From: Euprymna scolopes
Taxonomy: Eukaryota
Strand: one strand, 5' to 3'
Assembly (NCBI GenBank): GCA_053919585.1
Contig: CM132790.1
DNA: 64,000 bases
The notes below the pieces were generated by a model. The model was not told the DNA's origin. It saw only the letters and a program-made list of their open reading frames with translations, and did no database searches. Of this stretch, positions 11,559 to 23,510 are shown in pieces. Each line of letters opens with the position of its first letter. Position 1 is the first letter of the stretch. A program made the position numbers and the translations under genes.

Positions 11559-12279
11559 TTTTAGTTTGCGACGGATTTGATTATCAGATTTGTGGCCAGT
11601 AACATCGAATATCCCTTAAAAAAAAAAAAATTCAGTGTTCTGTTGTAGTGAACGGTAATATTTACCTTTTTAATTTATTTTAATAAATATTACTGTTTTT
11701 AATTTGTGGTCTTTTCTTTACATTCTTTCTTTGGCTCAAAATTTCTTGGAATTTACCTCTTCCTTCCCCCCTCCAATAAACCTTACTTTTTTCGCGCCAA
11801 TGCCGGTGTTGGGGAGGAGGGCATATTTAACTTCTTTTGGCGTTTTTTCGTTATTGGAAAACAAGTTGGCCGCCATTAACATTGATAAGAATTAGGTTGG
11901 ATACTGAATGTCTTCAAATATGGATAGCTGTGTGTTTGCGCAAGAAATAAATGCGATATTCGTTTTCAGTGTACCAGAAAACGCTCAAAAGTCAACAAAT
12001 TAAAGGTGAATGCTGAGGGGTCGGTAAACTAAAAATTTACCATAAAGGAGGAAGGAGATTTAACTTCTGGAGAAGAGGGTCACGAAAGAAAGTATTTTTT
12101 TTCTCAACCTCGCTTCAAGCCAGCTACACACGGTGTGAACTAATTTTATTTCATAACACTAGTTAAGACAGACCCGTACGAGAGGGCCCACCCCCATAAA
12201 GATGCATGTTTTACACCTTTTAAAAAATTAAAAAAATTTTTTTTTTTTATAACTTTTTCCCAACAATTATCAAAGATTA

Positions 12280-12604
12280 GGAGTATTTAGCAGAGAAGCC
12301 AACAAACAACTATACAAAAAATAAAAATATACAAGAAATGAATGTTACCGTAGCAAATAAAAGTTTATTTTATACCTATCTGGCTCTTTTGTTTTGGTTT
12401 TAATGTAGTTTTTAATGCTTTTTATTTAATCTCAAAAATTCAGTTTTTCCAAGTGGATTTGAATAAAAAAAAATGGTGGCATCTTTGGAAGAAAGAAGCC
12501 TCGTTTTGAATTCAAGGTTTACGGGTGATTTGAATTTTGTTTTGGTATTTTTTTTTTTTAACGAGAGTACCCAGTGTAGTATAAACACCCTAACCTCCGC
12601 ATGT
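12280..12604 (+). repeat. Left long TIR of a Merlin-like element (partner at 30170-30455)
   Basis: About 300 bp of reverse-complement similarity to 30170-30455 (TTTAGCAGAGAAG..., GGTGGCATCTTTGGAAGAA..., ATAAACACCC.AACCTCC.CATG). Confidence 0.7.
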
Positions 12605-12640
12605 TATATAAGAAAATGTTACTTACCTTCAATAACCTCT

Positions 12641-15600
12641 TTAGAACCACATCATACTTCTGAAGTCGATCACCTAATTGAGAATGGGACTATACGGGAG
12701 CCTTTCTTCCTAAATCCAGAAGATACTCCTTGTACCATATTTCCCTAAATTTGTCAGGCACTGATTTCTAAGTTCGAAGGAACACATCAGCTCGCTCCGG
12801 TTGGATGGCATGGACGCAGTCTCATCTTCATCTAATCACAATAATAATTCAGGGCACTGATTGGGCTTGAGGAACATGCAATGATGCCCTTGTCGGCCGA
12901 TGATTGGTAGGTCAGGGGTCGGTTGTTAACCGACCTCTGTATGTCGGATATAACAGTAAGAAGGGTAAAATAGTCCAAATTGCCTCTTCCAATAACCTTG
13001 AATGGGCAGTTCTTGATGATTCCAATGCATCGTTCCCATGTTCCCCCATACCAAGGGGAGAATGGGGGGATGGTTCTTAATTTTAGGTTACAGGGTCCAT
13101 ATCTATCTTGGTAACCTCAAAAAAGCGCGAGTCTACTAAAAAGTCTCCCCACCCCCTCCCTTGAACGTCCTAGCGTTGTCGCTGTACAGGGCTTCAGGAA
13201 CACCATTCTGGTTAGTAAACCGGATCAAAGCTTGAAAAAAAAAGATGGCACGCTCATGTCTGGGACCATCTCGATATGTATGGCCCTGATGTTCAGGCAG
13301 GTGAACAACTGTAGATACACCTTTCGAATCCCTTTTCCTTCACTCCCCCACAGATGGCCGGTGAAGCCGATTCCAGTGTATTGGTACGAGGTATTGAAAC
13401 CGGTGCAATGCGATGGCAAGTCGGTGGTAATATTTGGTTGCACTGGCCTGGAGTTGTAACAATGTCAGATTTACAGCTTGTCTCCCCTGGGGGACCCAGT
13501 AGCCGCGCCGCCTCACTTCAGCCAGGGTCAATCTAGTCCCAAGGTGACATTTTTTTATGGCAGTCCAGAATAAGTTTTATCACAGGGTGCTGTTTCCCTA
13601 TTAAAATGTGATTTTTAGCTTCATAAGGGAAGTACAGGGATGAAACAATTCTACCCTTAGAGCGAATCAACCCATGGGATCCAGGAAATGGTTCAAGGTA
13701 TAAATTCTGGCCAGCACATGAACTCTGTTGGGCCTCCTCAGATATTCGATCTCTGACGGAAACTCTTGCTGTTGCATAATCCTCATAAGGTAGAGAGCTA
13801 CCTTGGATTCGCAATCCCACTGTCGACCCAGCCGAATGGCTATGAACCTGAAAACCATAGACATGATGTTCAGTAAACTGGAGAATGAAGAAAATCTATC
13901 CAAGAGCACAACAGAAGGACACGCTTGCTTGTGCGAGATAGAGCAATTCGCCGGAGTGCGGACCATCTGTTGGCATATCTCATTCAAATAAGGCAGATCT
14001 TGTTCCGGCCATTGAGAAATCCCTCTGCCTAGTCAGGAGGTGCCAAAAGTCAAAGGAAGCCTGGAGTTGCCTCAAGGTTATGCCTCTCATTATTAAATCA
14101 GCTGGGTTGAACTAGGTGTTTACGTACTCGAAAAGAGTCCTTAATCCATAGTGAGATTCCAGCTCAGAGTTCATTTTTAGTACGTCCTTGCAAAAATATT
14201 ATGGAAAAGATTTTTATGGGTACATAATTTTATAACACTTTTGAAGAACACTGAACATAGTGTCATAATTAATTGCTGAGGGTTTTTTTTTTTTTCTCTA
14301 TAGTTTAAACATAAACCATTAAAAAGAAACTTTCGAAAAGAAGACCAAAATACACTTCTAAAGTATATTTCTCCTACGCATAAATTAGATAAAAAGGGAT
14401 AAATAAGGGGGTGGGACAGAAAAAAAAAAAACCCTATTGAAACGTCTTTCAGCCAACCCTTTTCAAGATTAACGTTGGCAACGGGGGAGAAAAGATTGTT
14501 TAAAAACGTGGTCAAAAGATCATAAATTAATGGGGGGGGGGAAGAAATTGTATAGGGAATAGGAGAAAAAAAAGAAACCATCTCAGCAAATACTCATAAG
14601 TTCTAAATTATGGGTATACTTTCTTTGCTTACAGAGATTGTTGGTGCAAATTAATGGATACGGCCTTGAGAATTTTTAAGTGAATTCTCGAGCGCGCTCT
14701 GTGTAAAACCGAGAAAGTTTCATCTGTGTATCTGTCTGTGCAAATTTGGCACTGTAATAAATGTTCACCAATGGCTGACCTATGAGTTGGTAAATGCCCA
14801 GATGTTGGCCTTTTTTTGCCTACGTATCGAAGGGGGGACATGTTGGGAAATTCTAACCTCCAAACGTTGAATGCTATGGCCCACGTAGTCAGCTTCACAC
14901 TGACTGTTAAATTGATAAATAACCATATTATATTAAGTGGTAGGGATACCATCCTTTTGAAAGGGGGGAAAGCATTTCTGATTCCAAACACTGTTCGAAC
15001 CTTCATTGCAAAATAGCAACATGAAATGGCTGTAGCAATTTTATACAAAAACTCCTGGCTTTTGACACCAATCCATGGGAGTTTCACATATATGGGACAT
15101 TTTTGAGGGCCCACAAACGTTCCACCTTTTAAAATTCAAGATTTTATCCCTCACACATTTTTGAATTACGTGTAAAAGATAACCATTAGCCAAAAGGATC
15201 TCGGTTATGCTTTGGAGTTCCGCATCTAGTTTAGTACTAGAGCAGATCAACAAAAGGAAGGAATCGATACTCCCGAATAGGACCAATCCTTGTGTGACCA
15301 AAAAGGTTTAAAAAAAAAAGCACGGGACTAGTTTAAATGGGTCCAGGTGCTGAATCAGGTCCAAGCCAGCTGCTCCACTGTTATTAACTCAGACTCTGTC
15401 TCGAACCGGCCGACCAATAAGGCATGTAATAGTGACGGTAAATTGCGAAGCCAGATTGCTAAATCAATGGCATCAGATACCAAGACCGGACAAGTCACAG
15501 TGTTTCCTGAACCAAAGTTTGTATCGAGTACAACCTCTGTGAACTGCTTGCGACACTCTCCAAGGAATGTAGACAACCTAAGTTGTCGGCAGGCCCCAAC

Positions 15601-17001
15601 GGGCCCAACTGGATACAGACTCTCAGCTACATTGGCCGATAAATATGTGGACCCGCTGCCGGTGTCCAATAGGCAATTCACAGAGATTGCCCTGGCTCCA
15701 TGTGAAAAGATGAAATAAGATGGGAAGCAATGCGCTCGAGTAGCCAGTTAAGTCGGAGCATGCCACATCCACACCAAAGGATAGAGTAACCAAAGTCCAT
15801 TGGTTGGTTTTCTGTGTTGGGCGATGGTGATGCACAGCAATGGCCTTTAATTAGTAGTCTCTTGATAGCCTCGCCAGTTAGCTAGAGTAAGGATGATAAC
15901 AGCGGCACTCTTTTATCTGTGTGGAAATTTCTTGAAGAGTATTTTTGCCAGGAGTCAAGCTCCACTTGAATTGTCGTCCGAGAAATCACAAGCGAGGGAG
16001 TTTCCCAGCTCCTCCAACAATGATGCTGTTCTGGAGATAAAATCCCCTATTTCTGATGGGGGGGGGGAGATTCTTTTTGGATGTAAAATCCAGGATGTCC
16101 TCGAATATTCTGTCAATAGTGCCATCAAGATTCAAAAAATTGTCTTTGAGGATGGACATTGCTCGAGAATAGTTGGCATCCGTGCAACTAAGGTGGTTGA
16201 TCAGGCGTAAGGCCTTGTCAGAGAGGGAACACTTTAAAAAGTTCAACCTCTCTGGGTTATTAGCCATGCCAACCACACAGTTCTCAAATCTGGCAAGAAA
16301 GTTCCAAAAACTTAGGTAGTCGGCGGCTACTTCCTGGCCGCTAAAGGAAATCCCTGTTATTTGTAGCTGAGGGTGTTTAACAATAAAGGAGGTAGCAGCC
16401 CTCCCTGTGTTAGAGGATCCTCTTGAGAATTGGGGCATAGATTCCTCATAAGGTCGAGAAGGCTCAAAAACATTGTCCAATTCCGCCAGGGCATCCAGGT
16501 ATTCAGATTTTTGATGCAGCCACTCGCTCTTTCTCTCAGCGGGGGTTCTCCCATCGAGGCAGTATAATCTCCTTCTTGTATATGCTGTATGTTAGGGGCT
16601 TTATGTCACCACTGCAAGCTGATAGCCGATCCAGAATCTTCTCGGTCAATGATTCTCTTGAAATCAGTAACTCATCCCTAGAGGGATCCATTGGGTCAAA
16701 TGTAAGGAATTAAAGATGATACCAAAAAAGAGGTGAAAAAAATCCCTTTTATTGGGGAGCAGGTTACCTAAGTGGTTAATTGCACATCCGGAGTTGCCAG
16801 AAACAATATAGGATGACAGGAATAACCTAGCAGTAAGGTGACAAGAGTCGATCAGACGTGTAACTGTTCACTAATCACAAGTAAAGTTGTCTGGTTGGAG
16901 GTTGCCTTTGTATAACAAGTAGGAGTATGCCTCCCACCACTACCCCTAGCCTATTTATTCCTTGTAGCATCTTTAACACAGGCTGAATTATTTCCCCAGA
17001 C
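12641..17001 (-). mobile_element. BEL/Pao copy 2, decayed; RT region deleted and replaced by a Penelope-like remnant
   Basis: gag 15986-16480, protease LLDTGSGSTY 15355-15681, integrase pieces 12650-14175 (TGIGFTGHLW, FTCLNIRAIHIE, NNRPLTY, W.KEYL); LTR-like ~16733-17001. Confidence 0.85.
14620..15300 (-). mobile_element. Penelope-like element fragment (RT thumb plus GIY-YIG endonuclease)
   Basis: L.ANGY; LPWIG; frameshifted VIYQFNC.C...YVG....RL..RI.QH; SAIGEHL; FSVL; L.IL.A..I. Confidence 0.8.
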
Positions 17002-17058
17002 GCAAGCAACACCAAACATAAGTAAACAGTCTCCATTTTTATTTATTTTTTTTTTTTT

Positions 17059-20000
17059 TGACAATTGCTAAGATGCTACATAAAGTACAGGAAAAGGACT
17101 GAAATCTAAATTCAAGGAATTATTATAGAAACATCAATGGCAACTGGCAAAGAGAGAAAGAAAAATCGTCTTTCCTTCTTTATTTGGATCTTGCAACAGA
17201 TTGCCGTTTGTTGCGACCAATGTAAATGTTAGTCAATGCCACAAATCAAATTGTTAGAAAAGAATAACTACCATAACGGTAGGAACAATCTAAAAAGAAA
17301 GAGAGTCCTCAAGTTTGTGAAATATAAGCTATTTTATAACATGATCCAAGATCACGTGATTACCATTGATATAAAAAACAATCACAAAGGAGAAGGTGCT
17401 TTTGCATCTGTCTCCCTAAACCAGAGGCCATTGAAAGTAACATTTTCTTGTACACTCCCATCTCAAAAGAAAAGAAAAAAGGAAATGGGAGGAGGTAAGT
17501 AACTAATTAAATCCTTCCCGAGAGTGTTAGGCAATTCCAACAGTACTAATTCTCACCCTCTGGGGAAACCTGCTGTCAACCTATGCAGTTGAAATGGTAC
17601 CATTCATTGCAATCATCACAGCATCATCTGGACGAACACATTCTGAGCAAATACATGCATGTTCAGCATCACTTAATGACTCATTCGCCAACATATCATT
17701 ATGGATTAATGAAGGGTCCTGGTTGAGGCAATCATTACAACACCAACCCTCCTCTGCTGGTGCAGGCTGATATATACCAACGCAGGAAAAATGGTACCAG
17801 TTATCATGGCATGGCACTGCCGTTGTCGGTTTCACCACAATCAGGGCAAATCCAAGCAAGCTCTCTGCCCTCTCCAATAAGACCATCACGTATAGATGTA
17901 CAGCCATTCAGACTGTTATCAGTATTCCCTGTCAAAGAATCAATGCAATCAGAAGGTTGCATAAGAAGGGGATAAGAGGTGTTTCAAGGAATGAACTTGC
18001 AAGGAGCCATCTCCTCGCCTTATCTGAGCAGATCTCACCAAGCCCTACCCAAGGCCCAAAATGGTCGAGGGTTGCCAGGGAGCTTGATTGTTACTATGTC
18101 TCCCACACAAATAATTGATACAGTCCTTTTTTGTTGCCTTTGCACATGTTCTCTTATACTCAGCAAATAATCTTGGTACCAAATTCTCTTAAATCTTTTT
18201 AATACCTCCCTCATCCATGCAATTCAAGGACTCTAAGAGTTGTTTTCATGAGGGAGGTTCCAGTTGATGAATACTCTCCCTGTACGTCCTAAAAAAAAAA
18301 ATGATTTGAACTTATTTCCAAACTAGAGTGTGATAAACTTCTGTAAGTCAAGGGACGGTCATTTACAACATGTTGTATATCGGACAGAATTATCAGAAGA
18401 TCAAAATAATTATAACTAGCTCGACCAATTAATTTATACAAACAAGACTTGGTTTTAATCAGTCTTTCCCATACTCTTCCATACCAAGGTGAGTGTTAAT
18501 GTATCTTAACGTGTTTGATCTCGTATGTCCCTAATTTCTCCCTGAATTCACTGGAAGTAAGTACCTCATGAATCGTATCATACCCAGCCGCAAAGGACTT
18601 GGCATTGTCACTATAAATATGTGAGGAAATCTCATAAATGTTGGAAAATCGAATCGAGGCCATTAAAAATGAATGGACAGATATATCCTCAATCAGTTCT
18701 AGATGCACTGACCGCACTTCTAAACAAGTAAAAACCAGAATATACATCTTCACCTTTTAGCACCCACAGGTGGCCTGTATAGTCTACCCCTGTGTGTAAA
18801 ATGGGCCTCATCATATTCACCCGGTGTTTTGGTAAATTGGTCATTTTGGGGTAGGTAAATGGGATAGAGTTGAATTTCTGGCACAAGGAACATCCTGATA
18901 AAACTTTCTTTACAGCCTGCCTATCTTGAGGTATCCAATACCCAGATAACCTGACCTTATTTAAAGTAGCAGAAACATCTAAATGTTTACACTGGTCATA
19001 GCAGTTCAATACGATGAGCCTAGTAAGAGGAGGTCCTTAGCAATAATAAAGGATTAACAATTTCATATTCATATACAGCAACCTTTCCAATTAATCCTTC
19101 CTTATCAAAAAAAAGCTTTAGGCTTCCCATGTTAGAAATTTTTTTTTTATTTCTAACGCGCCTCTCTTTTCTTGGTTCCTTGTTATCCGAACAACTTGGT
19201 TAATTTTGAGAAAGAATAACACAATAAAATTCTTGTATTTAAAATAACGTATATTTACAAGTAAAGGTTAAAGTTTCCAAAACAGTTGCTCTGGAGGAGT
19301 TTCTGTTTGTTGCAGAAAAAGAGAGTAATTTCTGAGAAGTGCTCGCTGTTAATCTTTTTTTTTTTTTTTTTTTATTGTTGCAAGCAACTCCAAGTAATAG
19401 TGGGTAATTTGCATAAGTGGCTTTATGCAAATTGCCTTAAAAAGTTTGAGTACAAATAATTCTAACACCCACTCTCTGTGGTATTGACCTACTTGAAGGA
19501 TTTTGTAAATCTTCGAATTCCTCCCAGAAGGGTTGTCTCTGCATCACTTTAATCAAGTGCGTTTAAGCTGTCTTACCAGACTCAGTCTCTCGTGTTCAAC
19601 TTATCAATAAACTTGACCACACATGCTGTAACATTCAACAATTTAGACAACAATGAATATTTGTCATATTGTACAACTGGCTCCTCTTGGCTGTGGGAAA
19701 CAGCACAAACCATTGAGGATACAATCCTTTTACTTTTTGGGCTTAAACAATTCAAAGAATTTTCAGGCCAAGAAAACGGTTGGTCTCTCATCCAAAATGG
19801 TCCAGAGATCCAATATTCCAAATTAGACCTGTTTAAAGGTAGGAATGCCCCTGGTGATAAGGTCAGCAGGGTTCTGTGTAGTCGTTACATATTTAGATTG
19901 AATGGCCACACCAAATTCAGACATCAGTTCAGCCTCTCATTGACCAATGTCCTTCAGTCTATTTGTAGCAAAAACATTCCTGCTATTGGTCTGTTTTGTG

Positions 20001-22632
20001 ACTAACCAGGCTAACACTATCTGCCAATCAACTGCAAGAAATATTTTCTTGAAACTTACATTTGAAAAGGCTTTCAACAATGTCCGAAGGCATTTGATGG
20101 CCAAGAAGGCCGACAAAAGCTCTAGAGTGGGTAAACTTTTTGATTTAAGGGGTGCCACTTTTGCCTTGGAAAAAAACAGATGAATCCTTCCCCTGGACTG
20201 CATAGGCCGCAAACCCATATGCTTTTTTGGAGGCATCACAGAATAGAAATAATTCGGTCTCCCTTCCTTCATCAAGGGTTTTTCTTGGGAAGGTACCGCC
20301 CATTTGGATCAAAGTTCACTTGGCACAATTTCATCCAAGTCAAAACTTCCACAATTCACTAATAAGAATACGTGCCTGTATACTGGCAAACATAATGAGA
20401 TAGGATCAAATATCTTTCATGCTTCAGACAATATACGCCTTTTAGTTGCTGCCTCAGGTTACAATTATAGGAAGCGATATTGATTGTATTAGTAAGAGGG
20501 TCATAACGATAACCCAACACCTTCCAAGGACAGCTATGACTCACAAGAGTACCATCTCCTCTCATTAACTCATGTAACCCTGTATTATTAGAGTTGCAAG
20601 ATTGGAGTATAAATCCTCCCTCTCGCAATCTTTCTACTGCTTGTGTATACTCATCCAAGGAATTGCTTGTTCTAATTAGGTTATTTACATAAAAGTTTGA
20701 TTGTAGCATCCTAGTGCAATCATTCAAATGATAACACCCTGCATGATATTTTAGTATACAACTTAGGATGAATGTGATGGTTGTATAACGGTAACATCTT
20801 ATTTTATTATTTTTGCGCAGAAAAAAAAACAAAATTTATTTTTATCAAATTCATCAGCTAAATGAATCATCAAGAATGCCATAAAAACATTTGTTCCGAA
20901 AAGCAGGGTCAAATTAAGCATGTTCCCTGTTAAATTGATCCCAGGATAAGCAGCATCATTTAGAGACAGAATTTTTAGTTTTAAATGAACAGTTAAAATC
21001 TGGTTGAATCTTGGTTGTAGTCGTAGCCTCCTCTTTGAACACTGGCTTATGTGGAACCCACACATAATGCTTGTATTCCTCAGGGGTACATTGTAAGGGT
21101 TCTATTATCCATGCGTTTTATTTGTGCTCAAAAACCTGACATATTCCTCATATAAGTGCTTCTTCCTTAAATTAAGTAATTACTCAGTCCAATACCTTAA
21201 GTGCTATATGATGGTTAGACTGAACTTATGCCAAGGCAACTTAACTAGGTAATGCCCATCCTCATAAACAACGTTTTACATAAATTCCTCCATCTTTTGA
21301 GTGTCATAGTCAGAAACTAATTCTGTCAGGAAGTCCCAAAAATTCCAGACTAAACATCCATTCCAATCCTTGATATACAGTGTTTTCTTCAAAAATGTCG
21401 GCAAATGGATCCACATAGGTTGGAACTGGATTCATAATACTATTGACTTAAGAATCATTACAATAATACTGCTTGCCAATCTCGTAGTTTGAGGCTAGAA
21501 TTTGTATAAATCTTATTGATTTGGTTCGCGTACAAAAAATGTTTTGTTTCCTATTGGGATAACACCTGTAGGCATCTGCCAAGCTGTACTATTCATACAT
21601 CGTATCACTTGCATGGGATGCATATATTGGATCAAATGAATCCCTATGAGACTCCACGATTGTACACTGCCACTCCCTATCTCTGCAGCAAAGGCAAAAT
21701 TTAGTTTTCTCAGGTTATCTTAAACCAGAGGAAGGTCTGGTACCTTGTATGAGAGATTTAATTCACTATCAATGAGAATAGGTAGTTGGGGGGGGGGGCT
21801 ACTTCCGGCAACACCTCTACCACTGCTGTTACCTGTTTAAATATGTGGCGCTTCCTTCCCACAAAGGTCACAACATCCATAGTCACCTCCAATGTCCTTG
21901 AATCGCATTTCAAATGCTGAAGGACCTTCTCAGAGAAATACAACCTCTGACTGCCCGAGTCAATAAGGCAATTCAGAGAAACTGAGAAGGTTCCTCTTCT
22001 AATTGTGATGTTTACCATAGACAGTATGTTTTGAATGTCCCCAAGTTTCGTACTTATGCTGGTATTTATTTCAGTTTCCTCTAGTACAAGTTTCTTGCAC
22101 AAAAATTGCAATAAGGGGTTTTGTCTTCTAAGTCTAGGTTTGCATGAAGACTCTAATGCAGAAATTTTACATGTTTCTTGTCCAAACTGCATTTGACCTT
22201 GGCCTTCGGTTCTGTTCTAGGAGTTACAATAGGTCGAATTCGAAGTAATGCCTTTATAACTTCATGACTATACTGTAGTATACAGTTCAAACCAGGATAT
22301 GGTGTGTAAGAGCCTTCAATGAACTCGGCCTTTATCTCATCAGGAATCTTATCAAATAAGATATGAGCTAGCAGACATCCACTTCTGGAGTTCTCAACCA
22401 AAAAATCATATCCATAGTCAGAATCTAACTCGCTATTGTTAGAAAAGAATAACTACCATGACGGTAGGAATCAATGTAAAAAGGAGTCCTCAAGTTTGTG
22501 AAAAATAAGCCATTTTAGAACATGATCCAAGGTCACGTGATTACCATTGATATAAAAAACAATCACAAAGGAGAAAGTGCTTTTGCATCTGTCTCCCCAA
22601 ACCAGAGGCCATTGAAGCTAAGTAACATTTTC
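17059..22632 (-). mobile_element. BEL/Pao copy 3, decayed, with two C-terminal PHD fingers
   Basis: 3' LTR ~17059-17454 with PPT GAGATGGGAG; protease LIDSGSQR 21758-22192; RT YVNNL; RNase H SKAKVAP...PTLEL; integrase TGVDYTG, SDNAKSF; 5' LTR remnant 22435-22632; unidentified insert ~19130-19480. Confidence 0.87.
17531..17854 (-). pseudogene. Tandem PHD fingers at the C-terminus of BEL copy 3 integrase
   Basis: WICPDCGETDNGSAM/CHDNWYHFSCVG...WCCNDC and CICSECVRPDD/DDCNEWYHFNCIG...YCWNC, joined across small deletions; follow the VRSA...LKHL..L motif. Confidence 0.82.
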
Positions 22633-22963
22633 TTATATCAATGGTAATCATGTGATCTGGATCATGTTATAAAATGGCTTATTTTTCACAAACTTGAGGA
22701 CTCCTTTTCTTTTTACATTAGTTCCTACTGTCACGGTAGTTATTCTTTTCTGACAATTTGATTTGTGGCATTGACTAACATTTACAGGCCTTCAAGGACT
22801 AATGCCTTGGTCGCAACAAACATCAATCTGTTGCAAGAGATATCCGAATAATGAAGGTAAGATGGTTTTTCTCTTTCTCTGCCAGTTGCCATTGATGTGT
22901 CTTGTGGAAAATTTCCCACTCAAAGAAGAGTTCTTTAGATCTATTCCAATATATGGTGTTGTA
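22633..22963 (+). repeat. Middle piece of a plus-sense LTR of the copy-3 family
   Basis: 22633-22900 is the reverse complement of ~17131-17373; other pieces at 12605-12640 and 29598-30005. Confidence 0.7.
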
Positions 22964-23380
22964 TGTGGGTATTTTCCGCTAAAGGTTATTTAACAAAAGT
23001 TTGCAACAATGGTTGTTGCGACCTATAGTATAGGTAAGAAATAAACACCTTATCGGTCGGGTAAAGTTAATATGGTCACAAGGCTTCTTGTCATATAATA
23101 CTGGACTGATCCAAAAAAATAAAACTGTCTGCCCATCTGCATAATCAGACTTTTTATAATCAGCTCGGCCAATCAAACGAAGCGAACGTAACAACTATCA
23201 ACATAAAGAGTCTGCACTCTCACAAATATTTCTTCTTGGTTCCAGCTCTTTCGAGAGTGCCAGTAAGTGATATCAACCAATTCTTTTACGTGGAGTGATA
23301 TTTTTTCCTCAACAGAAAACAAAATCAATTATTTTTTGATTTTGTACAAGCTCGCTTAACACATAGGCACCTGGCCTAAA

Positions 23381-23510
23381 GCAAATATGACAAAACCAAT
23401 CTTCCTCTTCTGCTGATACCAACACATCTAAAATGGAACCATCCTTCACAATGGTCACAACAAATCATGGCCGATCCATCATCAGGTTGATCGCATCCAG
23501 GGCAGATCCA
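23381..23510 (-). pseudogene. TAF3-like PHD finger at the C-terminus of BEL copy 4 integrase
   Basis: WICPGCDQPDDGSAMICCDHCEGWFHFRCVGIS/AEEEDWFCHIC gives a complete C4HC3 across one frameshift. Confidence 0.9.

Noticed and set aside
11560-11875. Possible spliced host exon pair on minus (MAANLFSNNEK..., GTAAAT...TTTTAAG)
   Set aside because: The frame closes after ~46 codons and I recognise no homology.
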